This document shows positions 45,635 through 54,340 of a stretch of 64,000 bases of DNA, piece by piece. The notes under the pieces were generated by a model that saw only the letters and a list, made by a program, of their open reading frames with translations, was not told the origin of the DNA and ran no database searches. Source of the stretch: Candidatus Poribacteria bacterium (GTDB lineage: Bacteria; Poribacteria; WGA-4E; PCPOR2b); NCBI GenBank assembly GCA_965208675.1, contig OZ242351.1, positions 2,208,001 to 2,272,000 on the forward strand, read 5' to 3'. Position numbers and translations under genes: made by a program. How positions within the stretch are numbered: position 1 is the stretch's first letter; the number at the start of each line of letters is the position of its first letter.

Positions 45635-47281
45635 TCAAATTGCATGGGCGATATTTCCCAATCGTTCAGTAAGCAGCGCGTTTTCGCCATAGTCTATTGG
45701 AACGACGACGAGGCACGGCCGATCAGCGGTAAATGCCTGCTCTAAAGCAGGGGCGACGTCACGCGCATTCTCCACTTGGATTCCTTTCCAGTCGAAAGCT
45801 TCAGCCAACTTAACGAAGTCGGGATTGTCGAAGGACAAATCTGTATTATGATCGAATTCGTTCCGCTGTTTCCATTCAATAAGTCCATATCCGCGGTCTT
45901 CCCAAATCATCACGACGATATTGGTCCCAATTCGCCTTGCAGTTTCTAAATCTTGTACATTCATAAGAAATCCGCCGTCGCCGCAAATTGCCAGCACACG
46001 TTTGTCTGGATTAACCAACTTTGCGGCAATGGCTCCCGGCAAGGCAAATCCCATGGAGCAGAAGCCGTTGGAGATTAAGCAGGTATTTGGTTCGTCACAG
46101 TGATAATAGCGGGCAATCCACATCTTGTGCGCACCGACATCGCTCAAAAGTATATCTGTAGCGCCCAGCACTTTTCGCACATCCCAAAGCACTTTTTGCG
46201 GACGGATACTGCCTTGTGTGTCATCATCCTTGTGTTCAGCGAAATCGGTCAGCATTGCGTCTCGAATCGGTTTGTATTCATTCACCTCATAGCGAATCGG
46301 CTGCTGTTTGATACGCTCATTGAGCATCCAAAGGGTGTGCCCAAGGTCGCCAACAACCTCTACATCTATACGATAATTTTCATCCACTTCGGCTGGAAGA
46401 AAGTCGATATGGACGATTCGTTTATCTGCCTTTGGGTTCCAAAGCCGCGGGTGGTATTCTACCAAATCGTATCCGAGTGTGATGACGAGGTCAGCGGCAT
46501 CTATGGCTAAAGCCACGACATCCTTAGCTTGTAACCCTATTGTAAAGAGGTAGTTCGGCGCGTGGCGAGAGATGCACCCTTTGCCCATGAATGTGCTGAT
46601 TACGCCGATGCCTGTTGCGTCAGCGAATTGGCGCAGTTGCGTGCTTGCTCGTTTGCGAATGGTGCCGTTACCTGCAAGGATTACCGGATTTTTCGCACTA
46701 CGAATTAAATCCATCGCCTGATTCACAATCTTGTCATCTGGCACTGGGCGGCGCATCCGCTTACTGGGGATAGGTTGGTTTTCAACGGGTAACTTGGCGA
46801 TATCTTCGGCAAGTTCAATATGGCACGCCCCGGGTTTTTCGGTCATTGCCACCTTGAACGCTTTGCGGACAACTTCCGGAATGTTCCCAGGGTGAATTAT
46901 CGGCATTGCCCACTTCGTGACGGGCTTAAACATCCCGACGACATCCATGTTTTGGTGGCTCTCTTTGTGCTGCCTTCGGCTGTCAGCCTGCCCCGTAATA
47001 ACGACAAGCGGGGCGCGGTCCATGTTGGCATCAGCCACGCCCGTTATAAGATTTGAAGCGCCGGGCCCCAACGTGCCGAGACAGACAGCCGCCTGACCGG
47101 TCAGTCTTCCGTGCACGTCTGCCATGAAGGCGGCGGCTTGTTCGTGCCGCGTAAGGATGAACTCAATGGGTGAATGCTCTAGCGACATCATAAACTCGGC
47201 ATTTTCTTCACCCGGCACCCCGAATATATACTTAACGCCCTCGGCTTCGAGGCACTGTATAAACAGATCAGCAGCTTTCAT
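45635..47281 (-). CDS. Acetolactate synthase large subunit-like ThDP enzyme
   Basis: FGVPGEEN, TRHEQAAAFMA, TLGPGASN, GDGGFLMN; no small subunit adjacent. Confidence 0.93.
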   Translation of the reverse strand: MKAADLFIQCLEAEGVKYIFGVPGEENAEFMMSLEHSPIEFILTRHEQAAAFMADVHGRLTGQAAVCLGTLGPGASNLITGVADANMDRAPLVVITGQADSRRQHKESHQNMDVVGMFKPVTKWAMPIIHPGNIPEVVRKAFKVAMTEKPGACHIELAEDIAKLPVENQPIPSKRMRRPVPDDKIVNQAMDLIRSAKNPVILAGNGTIRKRASTQLRQFADATGIGVISTFMGKGCISRHAPNYLFTIGLQAKDVVALAIDAADLVITLGYDLVEYHPRLWNPKADKRIVHIDFLPAEVDENYRIDVEVVGDLGHTLWMLNERIKQQPIRYEVNEYKPIRDAMLTDFAEHKDDDTQGSIRPQKVLWDVRKVLGATDILLSDVGAHKMWIARYYHCDEPNTCLISNGFCSMGFALPGAIAAKLVNPDKRVLAICGDGGFLMNVQDLETARRIGTNIVVMIWEDRGYGLIEWKQRNEFDHNTDLSFDNPDFVKLAEAFDWKGIQVENARDVAPALEQAFTADRPCLVVVPIDYGENALLTERLGNIAHAI

Positions 47282-47498
47282 ATTGGTAACTCCTCCTAGT
47301 TCATTGTCGAAAAGCGAATACGTCGTCCGTTAATATTTGAAGATAATTCCAATTATTCACGCCTCCCCAATATTCGTTGATTCGTGTGAGCATTTTTATG
47401 ATGGATATTATATAATATAATCCTAATATTGCGTACAAATTCACGCTTCTAGCGTAACAAATACGATGCAGAAGCCGAATTTCGGGAGGGGGCAGAGC

Positions 47499-48605
47499 TT
47501 GAGTGTCAGCCATGCGGATGTTATAATTATTGGCGGTGGTGTCATCGGTTGTGCAGTTGCTTATAACCTCGCCAAATCTCAGGTAAAGCCGCTTGTAATC
47601 GATAAAGCCGGCGGAGTGGGCCGGGAAGCTTCACGGGCGGGTGCAGGCATATTGGCTTCCCATGCTTCAACCCAAGAACCGTATGCGGAATTGTGCCGTG
47701 CAAGCCTCGCGCTTTATCCGCCGTTGGCAGAAGAGTTAAAAGCCGAGACACAGATTGACATTGAGTTTATCCAATCCGGCTCAATCGCCGTATATTCGAC
47801 TGACGCTGAAAAAAATGGCTTGATAAGTCTGGCAAAACGGCGCATCGAGCGCGGCTTTTCTGCTGAAGTGTTGACTGCCGCACAGGTGTTGGAACTCGAA
47901 CCCGCCGTCTCAAGAGAAGTGATTGGCGGGGTTCGCTTCCCCCACGATTCGCAGGTCAGAAGTGTCAAACTCTCCAAAGCGCTCGCGAACGGGGCAGCAC
48001 AACTGGGGGCGCAGTTTTTGTTCGGCAACCCAGTCACCGCAATTTTACGGAAGGCAGAACGCGCCGTTGGAGTTGAGGTAAACGGCGAGGCGCACTACGG
48101 CGAAACAATCGTAATTGCCGCGGGGTGCTGGTCGGGAAAGATGGCTGCGTTCCTCGACTACTCCCTGCCGATCGAGCCAGTACGCGGGCAAATGGTGTTG
48201 ACTGAAACCATGCCGCCGCTCTTTCGGCACATCATTGACGGATACGGCGTTTACCTCGTCCCTCGATCAGATGGGAAAATCCTGATTGGCGCCACGGTTG
48301 AATTTGCCGGATTCGACAACCGAACAACGTTGGGAGGCATACACGGGCTGATTAAAGCCGGTACCACATTGATGCCAGCGCTCGCCGAAAAGCCGTTCGT
48401 ACAAGCATGGTCTGGATTGCGCCCATATTCAAGGGGAGGACCTTATATTGGGAAACTGCCCGGGTACGAAAACGTAATCGTCGCATCAGGACATTACAAA
48501 AATGGCATTCTCCTCGCGCCGATTACGGGAAAATTAATCGGTGAACTTATAACAACAGGGCGTCCTTCAATGTCGCTTGAGCCTTTTCGCCTCGGTAAAA
48601 CGTGA
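47499..48605 (+). CDS. thiO: Glycine oxidase ThiO (DAAO family)
   Basis: IIGGGVIG, ASRAGAGIL, PVRGQ, YLVPRSDG, WSGLRP, GHYKNGILLAPITG; start uncertain (47466 or 47499). Confidence 0.8.
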   Translation: MSVSHADVIIIGGGVIGCAVAYNLAKSQVKPLVIDKAGGVGREASRAGAGILASHASTQEPYAELCRASLALYPPLAEELKAETQIDIEFIQSGSIAVYSTDAEKNGLISLAKRRIERGFSAEVLTAAQVLELEPAVSREVIGGVRFPHDSQVRSVKLSKALANGAAQLGAQFLFGNPVTAILRKAERAVGVEVNGEAHYGETIVIAAGCWSGKMAAFLDYSLPIEPVRGQMVLTETMPPLFRHIIDGYGVYLVPRSDGKILIGATVEFAGFDNRTTLGGIHGLIKAGTTLMPALAEKPFVQAWSGLRPYSRGGPYIGKLPGYENVIVASGHYKNGILLAPITGKLIGELITTGRPSMSLEPFRLGKT

Positions 48606-48750
48606 AAGATATGTCAATAATCTAAAGTAGCGTCCTGGCGGGAAAGGTTGAGCTGTTCTATTTCGCCGATCATCACGACTAAAAAATGAGGCAATAAACC
48701 GGGGTAGATTTTCTCATCGTACCGCATCGATTTAGAAAGTCTCTCTAAGT

Positions 48751-49794
48751 GTGAACATGATACAACACAAGGCTCCGTTAACAGTAGCAGCGTTTGAAAT
48801 TGCCGCAATCCTGTTGCTTCTGTCTTCTGTGACACCAATCTCCATTGGCTGTGATGACAACAAAGCGCCAGATAAAATCGGCGTCAGCGTGCCAACGGCG
48901 AAAACACCGGTTAATGTGCTCATGAAAAAGGCGATGATTGAGCATGAACAGGAGTACGGGGTCGAGATATTTTGGAATGAGGTGCGGCATGAAGGGCCGC
49001 AACAGGATGCCGTCGTATTGGAAAGGCGTCAGATTAAAGACATGTTTGAAGCCGGGATTCAGGCACTAATCTTGAATACCGTCGACGGGAGTGCCGCATA
49101 TCCAATTTTATTAGAGGCGCGCCGCTGGGGTGTGCCTGTTATATCCTTAGATAAGATGTTGGTCAGTATGCCGGTGCGAGGCCATATCGCCGTGAATGAG
49201 GTGAGGCTGGGAGAAGAAGCTGCGAAATACGCCGTTTCGCAGATTGGGCATAAGGGAAACGTCCTACTTTTGGAAGGTTCTGCCGGATCTGAATCTCTGC
49301 GGAACATCGCAATAGGGGTATACCGAGTTTTAGACAAATATCCTGAGGCGATTCATGTTTTTGCAAGACCATCCGCCCTCACTGCGGAGGCAGCATTCGA
49401 TTATACCAATCAGATGCTGAAGAACTACGCGGGAAATATCCAAGCAATTATTGCAGTTGACAGCACACTGGCAGTCGGTGCAGTTCGCGGTGTTCAGTTG
49501 CACGAGCTTGTAGATAGAATAATCACTATCGGGGTTGGGGCGGGAAAGGAAGCGTGTCGCCAAATCATGTCCAAACAACACGACGCAGAAGTCGATCTGA
49601 TGCCTTATGAACGAGGACTTACCGCGTTCAAAGCTGCTATCAATGCCTTGAGGAATCAATCATTCGTGTATGATACCGAATTGCCCAATGGTGAGACTTT
49701 AACCAAAACGAAATTTGGTCCTGTTCGCCTCATCACCTCTGCGAATTTTGGCGTACTCAAGCAGATGTGGCCAGATTTGTTCATCCCAAAATGA
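48751..49794 (+). CDS. Sugar ABC-type periplasmic binding protein (class I, RbsB-like)
   Basis: KIGVSVP, GIQALIL, GVPVISLD, GNVLLLEG, IQAIIA. Confidence 0.75.
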   Translation: MNMIQHKAPLTVAAFEIAAILLLLSSVTPISIGCDDNKAPDKIGVSVPTAKTPVNVLMKKAMIEHEQEYGVEIFWNEVRHEGPQQDAVVLERRQIKDMFEAGIQALILNTVDGSAAYPILLEARRWGVPVISLDKMLVSMPVRGHIAVNEVRLGEEAAKYAVSQIGHKGNVLLLEGSAGSESLRNIAIGVYRVLDKYPEAIHVFARPSALTAEAAFDYTNQMLKNYAGNIQAIIAVDSTLAVGAVRGVQLHELVDRIITIGVGAGKEACRQIMSKQHDAEVDLMPYERGLTAFKAAINALRNQSFVYDTELPNGETLTKTKFGPVRLITSANFGVLKQMWPDLFIPK

Positions 49795-49831
49795 GCGAAC
49801 ACGTTGACAGATTAGGGTAGAGAATCCTATA

Positions 49832-50374
49832 ATGCCTAAACTAGCCACGGTATTAACTTTCGGCTTTATCTTTTACGGTTCCGTAGCGGCAAACACAACG
49901 GAGACTAACAAACCGCTTGAGGTCGGCGGCAAAGCACCAGAATTTGTGCTGCAAGACGCAGCTGATCGAACACATTCGTTGAAAAAGCTGCGCGGTAAGG
50001 TGGTCGTTATAATCCTCGGAAATCGTAAGATACAAAAAGAAGATGACAAATGGGCTTTTGCTATTCAGAAGGATTATCAAGAAAACAGCCGTATCGCAAC
50101 GTTTATCATCGCTGATATGCGGAGCGTCCCGCGGTTCGTACCGAAAGCGCTCATTAAGCGGCAACTCAAGAAAAACAAACCGCCCGTAACACTGTTGCTC
50201 GATTGGAAAGGCGAGACCCATAAAGCCTACCGGACGCAAAAAGAGATGCCGAACCTGTATGTTGTAAATCCTGACGGTAAGATAGCATTTCACATCAAAT
50301 CGAATTTCAGTGACGAGAAATTCGAAAAACTGAAAGCTGTCACTGAGAAAGAAATTGCCAAAATTAAGTCATGA
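49832..50374 (+). CDS. Secreted redoxin/AhpC-TSA-like fold protein lacking catalytic Cys
   Basis: LEVGGKAPEFVLQD, LRGKVVV, LLLDW, PNLYVVNPDGKI. Confidence 0.7.
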   Translation: MPKLATVLTFGFIFYGSVAANTTETNKPLEVGGKAPEFVLQDAADRTHSLKKLRGKVVVIILGNRKIQKEDDKWAFAIQKDYQENSRIATFIIADMRSVPRFVPKALIKRQLKKNKPPVTLLLDWKGETHKAYRTQKEMPNLYVVNPDGKIAFHIKSNFSDEKFEKLKAVTEKEIAKIKS

Positions 50375-50385
50375 AAGGAAATTGT

Positions 50386-50928
50386 ATGACAACAAAGGCG
50401 TTATCATCAGAAAGCCCCTTGGTCAGCATTGTCATGGGAAGCGATTCAGATCTTGCGTGCATGGCTGAGGCTGCAAAGATTCTAGAAGAATTTGAAGTTC
50501 CGTTTGAGATTACGGTTTCGTCAGCCCACAGATCGCCGGAACGGACGATTGAGTATACCGTAGATGCTCCCGATCGAGGAATTCATGTGATTATCGCGGG
50601 CGCAGGACGTGCCGCCCATCTTGCCGGCGTCATTGCAGCACATACAACGCTTCCGGTGATTGGCGTTCCGGTGGATGGAGGGCCGCTTAACGGGGTTGAT
50701 GCGCTCTACGCAACCGTACAGATGCCGCCCGGCATTCCGGTGGCAACGGTTGCAATCGGATCTAGCGGTGCGCGAAACGCGGGCATACTCGCCGTCCAGA
50801 TTCTCGCACTAAAATTCCCGGAACTTGACGATAAACTCAAAGCCTACAAAGCCAAACTTAGCGAAGGTGTGGCAAAGAAAGCCGCGCGGTTATCGGAAGT
50901 CGGGTATCGTGAGTATTTAACAAAATAA
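50386..50928 (+). CDS. purE: N5-CAIR mutase
   Basis: MGSDSD, SAHRSP, IIAGAGRAAHLAG, VQMPPGIPVATV. Confidence 0.97.
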   Translation: MTTKALSSESPLVSIVMGSDSDLACMAEAAKILEEFEVPFEITVSSAHRSPERTIEYTVDAPDRGIHVIIAGAGRAAHLAGVIAAHTTLPVIGVPVDGGPLNGVDALYATVQMPPGIPVATVAIGSSGARNAGILAVQILALKFPELDDKLKAYKAKLSEGVAKKAARLSEVGYREYLTK

Positions 50929-50988
50929 CATTCATGCGCATTTCGTTATTTTTCAGGTTTTTTCAAATTCTGAATCAATTCATCAAAC

Positions 50989-51411
50989 ATGGCTGAATCC
51001 TTTCGCACGCATAGTCCGGAAGAAACACAAGCAATCGGGGTACGCGTAGGGCAAAACCTCAAACCCGGCGACATTGTTGCCCTCATTGGAGACCTCGGGG
51101 CGGGCAAAACTTGCCTGACGCAAGGCATTGCGCGCGGTGCGAAAATAGATCCGAACCAGATTGTCAACAGCCCGTCCTACACCCTGATTAACGAATATGA
51201 AGGTGAGATCCCAATTTACCATATAGACCTTTATCGACTTCAGCGGCGGGAAGAGATACTGGATCTGGGTTTAGAGGTATATTTTGAGGGAAACGGCATC
51301 TGTATTATTGAATGGGCGGATCGAATGCTCGACATGCTTCCTGAGGGTTACATGGAGATTAAACTCAAATGGGAAGATGAGTTTGTACGTACAATCGAAT
51401 TTAACCCTTAA
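50989..51411 (+). CDS. tsaE: tRNA t6A biosynthesis ATPase
   Basis: GDLGAGKT, SPSYTLINEY, HIDLYRL, IEWAD. Confidence 0.96.
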   Translation: MAESFRTHSPEETQAIGVRVGQNLKPGDIVALIGDLGAGKTCLTQGIARGAKIDPNQIVNSPSYTLINEYEGEIPIYHIDLYRLQRREEILDLGLEVYFEGNGICIIEWADRMLDMLPEGYMEIKLKWEDEFVRTIEFNP

Positions 51412-51538
51412 AACCCGGTTTTAACCAATGGCGGTTAAAGCGAAAACACGGCGAGCATACAGCGATAGAACAAAACGATTCCCCGGTCCAACTCAATAAC
51501 GAAAAAAGGAGCGGCGCATTTGCGCGCCTCACGTTCCC

Positions 51539-52927
51539 GTGGCAAAGCGACCCAACATCGTGCTCATGGGGGTCGATTCCTTGCGTGCCGATCGCATGAG
51601 CTGTTACGGCTATCAGCATTGCACCACACCGCATATCGATCGATTCGCCCAAAGCGGAACGCTCTTTGAGCAAACTTACAGTCCACATATTCCTACAACT
51701 AGCGCCTATGCGTCCATGCTCACCGGCATGGATTGTTTCAGTACGCAGGTCGTTGCGCTGCGGCATAAAGGGCCGCTAAGACCGGAAGTCAAAACCTTGG
51801 CGGAGATACTTCGCGGCGCAGGCTATAACACGACGTGCGTAGGTTTCGAGGGCAACCCAAGCTCACGCGGTTTTGACAAATACTTGGACTACGCAGCCTG
51901 GGGCAGTTGGGCGGAAGGGCGCAGCCCGAAAGCGCAAAACCTCAACAGCGCGGCAATTCCGGAACTAGATCGATTGATTAACTTGGGTGACCCATTTTTC
52001 TTATTCCTTCGCCACATGGATCCGCACGCCCCCTATTTGCCGCCCGAACCGTACGAGCGCATGTTCTACCACGGGGACGAATTCGACCCGCACAATAAAT
52101 CCATGAATCCTGTGATGGATTTTAAGCCGTTCTGCGATTTTTTCGCCAGTTGGATGCCGCCCGGCATAACGGATAAAGATTACGTCATCGCCCAATATGA
52201 CGGAGCAATCGCTTACATGGACGCCTGTCTTCAGACAATTTTTACAGCCCTAAAAGCCCGCGGCATCCTGGACGAAACCGTAGTCGTCATCAACGGCGAT
52301 CACGGTGAAACGCTCTACGACCATGAATGCTGGTTCGATCATCACGGCCTCTACGATCCCACCTTGCATGTGCCGCTAATTATCCGATACCCGAGCAAGA
52401 TTCCCGCCGGCGCGCGCGTAAGCGGTTATAATCAGCACAAAGACTTGGCGCCTACCATTCTCGAACTAGCAGAAATCGAGACCGAGATTGAATTTGACGG
52501 GGTGAGCCTAATTCCGATGATTAACGGTGCAGTTTTTTCTTACGAAAGTGAATTCTACATCACCGAATGCACCTGGATGCGGAAGCACGGTTGGCGCACG
52601 CCAGAATGGAAGTTAATTCACGCCCTTGAGCCTGACTTCCATTTTAAGCCGATGGTAGAACTCTATAACCTCATTGAGGACCCTCAAGAAAATGACAATC
52701 TTGCGGAAGCAAATCCAGACATCGTTGCTAAATTAGAGACGCGGATGCAAAGCTGGATTGAGAAACGTCAACGTGAAACTGGCATGGAAAACCCCATGAT
52801 GACGCAAGGAGATTGGCACGGGCATGAGGGAATAGGTCCTTTCAAGACCTCCCAACAAGCTTATGATACCCTTCATATCGGCAATCCGGGGCAAGCTGCA
52901 CGAATGCAGGCGGAAGCCAGAAAATGA
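51539..52927 (+). CDS. Sulfatase-like hydrolase (alkaline phosphatase superfamily)
   Basis: PNIVLMGVDSLRAD, TPHIDRFA, DPHAPY, GDHGE, LHVPLIIRYP. Confidence 0.88.
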   Translation: MAKRPNIVLMGVDSLRADRMSCYGYQHCTTPHIDRFAQSGTLFEQTYSPHIPTTSAYASMLTGMDCFSTQVVALRHKGPLRPEVKTLAEILRGAGYNTTCVGFEGNPSSRGFDKYLDYAAWGSWAEGRSPKAQNLNSAAIPELDRLINLGDPFFLFLRHMDPHAPYLPPEPYERMFYHGDEFDPHNKSMNPVMDFKPFCDFFASWMPPGITDKDYVIAQYDGAIAYMDACLQTIFTALKARGILDETVVVINGDHGETLYDHECWFDHHGLYDPTLHVPLIIRYPSKIPAGARVSGYNQHKDLAPTILELAEIETEIEFDGVSLIPMINGAVFSYESEFYITECTWMRKHGWRTPEWKLIHALEPDFHFKPMVELYNLIEDPQENDNLAEANPDIVAKLETRMQSWIEKRQRETGMENPMMTQGDWHGHEGIGPFKTSQQAYDTLHIGNPGQAARMQAEARK

Positions 52928-52933
52928 AAACTA

Positions 52934-53070
52934 TAGGACTTACCCACTTTCTCTTACAGTCCCCCGGATAAGGGATCAAGCGAACGAATAGTGAGTGCGA
53001 TAGTCTTAGGGAGGTTAAAATGACCTTTTCAAAAAAATATACCCCGTCTGATCAATCTGCGTAAGTCCTA
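52934..53070. repeat. MITE/REP-like element with terminal inverted repeats
   Basis: taggacttac ... gtaagtccta. Confidence 0.6.
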
Positions 53071-53189
53071 AACTATTTTTATGCGCGCGAACCAATGATT
53101 ATGTTTTATAACCGCGGTGTTGTTTAACAATGTTAAAACCTGGTATTTGAACTTGCATAACTGCTCCAACTATACGGAGGGAAAAACAG

Positions 53190-53375
53190 ATGCCCATCTA
53201 TGAATATCAATGTGTAGCATGCGCGTCCAAATTTGAAGCCCTGCAACGCATCAATGCGGATTATCAAGATTTAGTTTGTCCCATATGCGGCGCACCTGAA
53301 CCGACCAAGGTCTTCTCACGCTTTGCATCTTTGGGCGTCGAGAAAGGCGGTGCATGTGAGACAGGCTCTACATGA
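53190..53375 (+). CDS. FmdB-family zinc ribbon protein (possible UGA readthrough to 53399)
   Basis: MPIYEYQCVAC...CPICG; RBS GGAGG. Confidence 0.88.
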   Translation: MPIYEYQCVACASKFEALQRINADYQDLVCPICGAPEPTKVFSRFASLGVEKGGACETGST

Positions 53376-53472
53376 GCGCTGCCTGGACCGGACAGTTAGT
53401 CCAAACAAGATAGGGCTTATGTAGTTGAAGACTTTTGTGTCACGTAATGGTGCTTCATTCGCTGTAATTCAT

Positions 53473-53497
53473 AGGGACTAACGATTGTTAGTCCCTA
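53473..53497. repeat. REP-like hairpin
   Basis: tagggactaac-gatt-gttagtcccta(c). Confidence 0.55.
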
Positions 53498-53789
53498 CAT
53501 ACGCCTATATCCCTTTCCATAGACAGGCCAGTCGAGAACACAGATCCGGGAAGATGAGAACTAAATCCCCTTAATCAAAAGTTGACAAAATATTCGGATT
53601 TCAGGATTGTGGTAATATGCAGCCTGACTGATGGATGTTTGTTTGAATTCCGCTTCTTCCGTGACAAACTCTTCAGGGGTAACGCAGATGCAAAACAGAA
53701 ATGCCGATAGAGCTGTGTCTCCACAGCTGAATATCACACAAAGTTAATACCTAATTATCCCCGTCGCAGGTCGCAGGCAGATTCCCGAT

Positions 53790-54145
53790 TTTCCGGTTTG
53801 TAAGCTTAAACCGAAAAGCCATTCGCGCTTTTAATCCTATTGTAGTCTCACATCCCCACCTATATCCCCACTTGTTCACAAGAGCGAATCCCGATATTCC
53901 TTAGGACTTGCCCAAGATGCATCTGAAAAGCGGGAGATTTTACCGCCGCGCGCAAGACGTTGATACGGAAGCACATAAACGTTTGTCAGACATAAGTGGA
54001 AGATGGAAACCTGAAAGACAACACCATTCCAACACTCCCAAAAGGGATGGAGATTGCTTTGACTATGTTTGCGGTTTTTCTTGCGTGATGCGAGTTTTTC
54101 ATCCACACGACAGAACCAATGTGTGATAAAATTCTTTGCGGTCAT
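53790..54145 (-). pseudogene. Degenerate IS982-like transposase remnant
   Basis: MTAKNFITHWFCRVDEKL...KHSQSNLHP resembles IS982-type N-termini (FI..LFCRVDD...KHSQA.L.PSE); downstream sequence decays and the end is approximate. Confidence 0.5.
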
Positions 54146-54340
54146 GAGTCTAGATTTCCGTCCGTTAATCAAGAATTGTTTAATCCAAAAAGACCAACGT
54201 TAAAATCGAGGAAAACGCCACATGACCTCAATCTAACAATGTTCGAATCAAAGCCACGGTGCTTTGTTACGGCTATTGATTTCAAACTAGCACCAACGGT
54301 TATTTTTGATTTTTAGAGAAAAAACTTTAAAGGAGAAATT

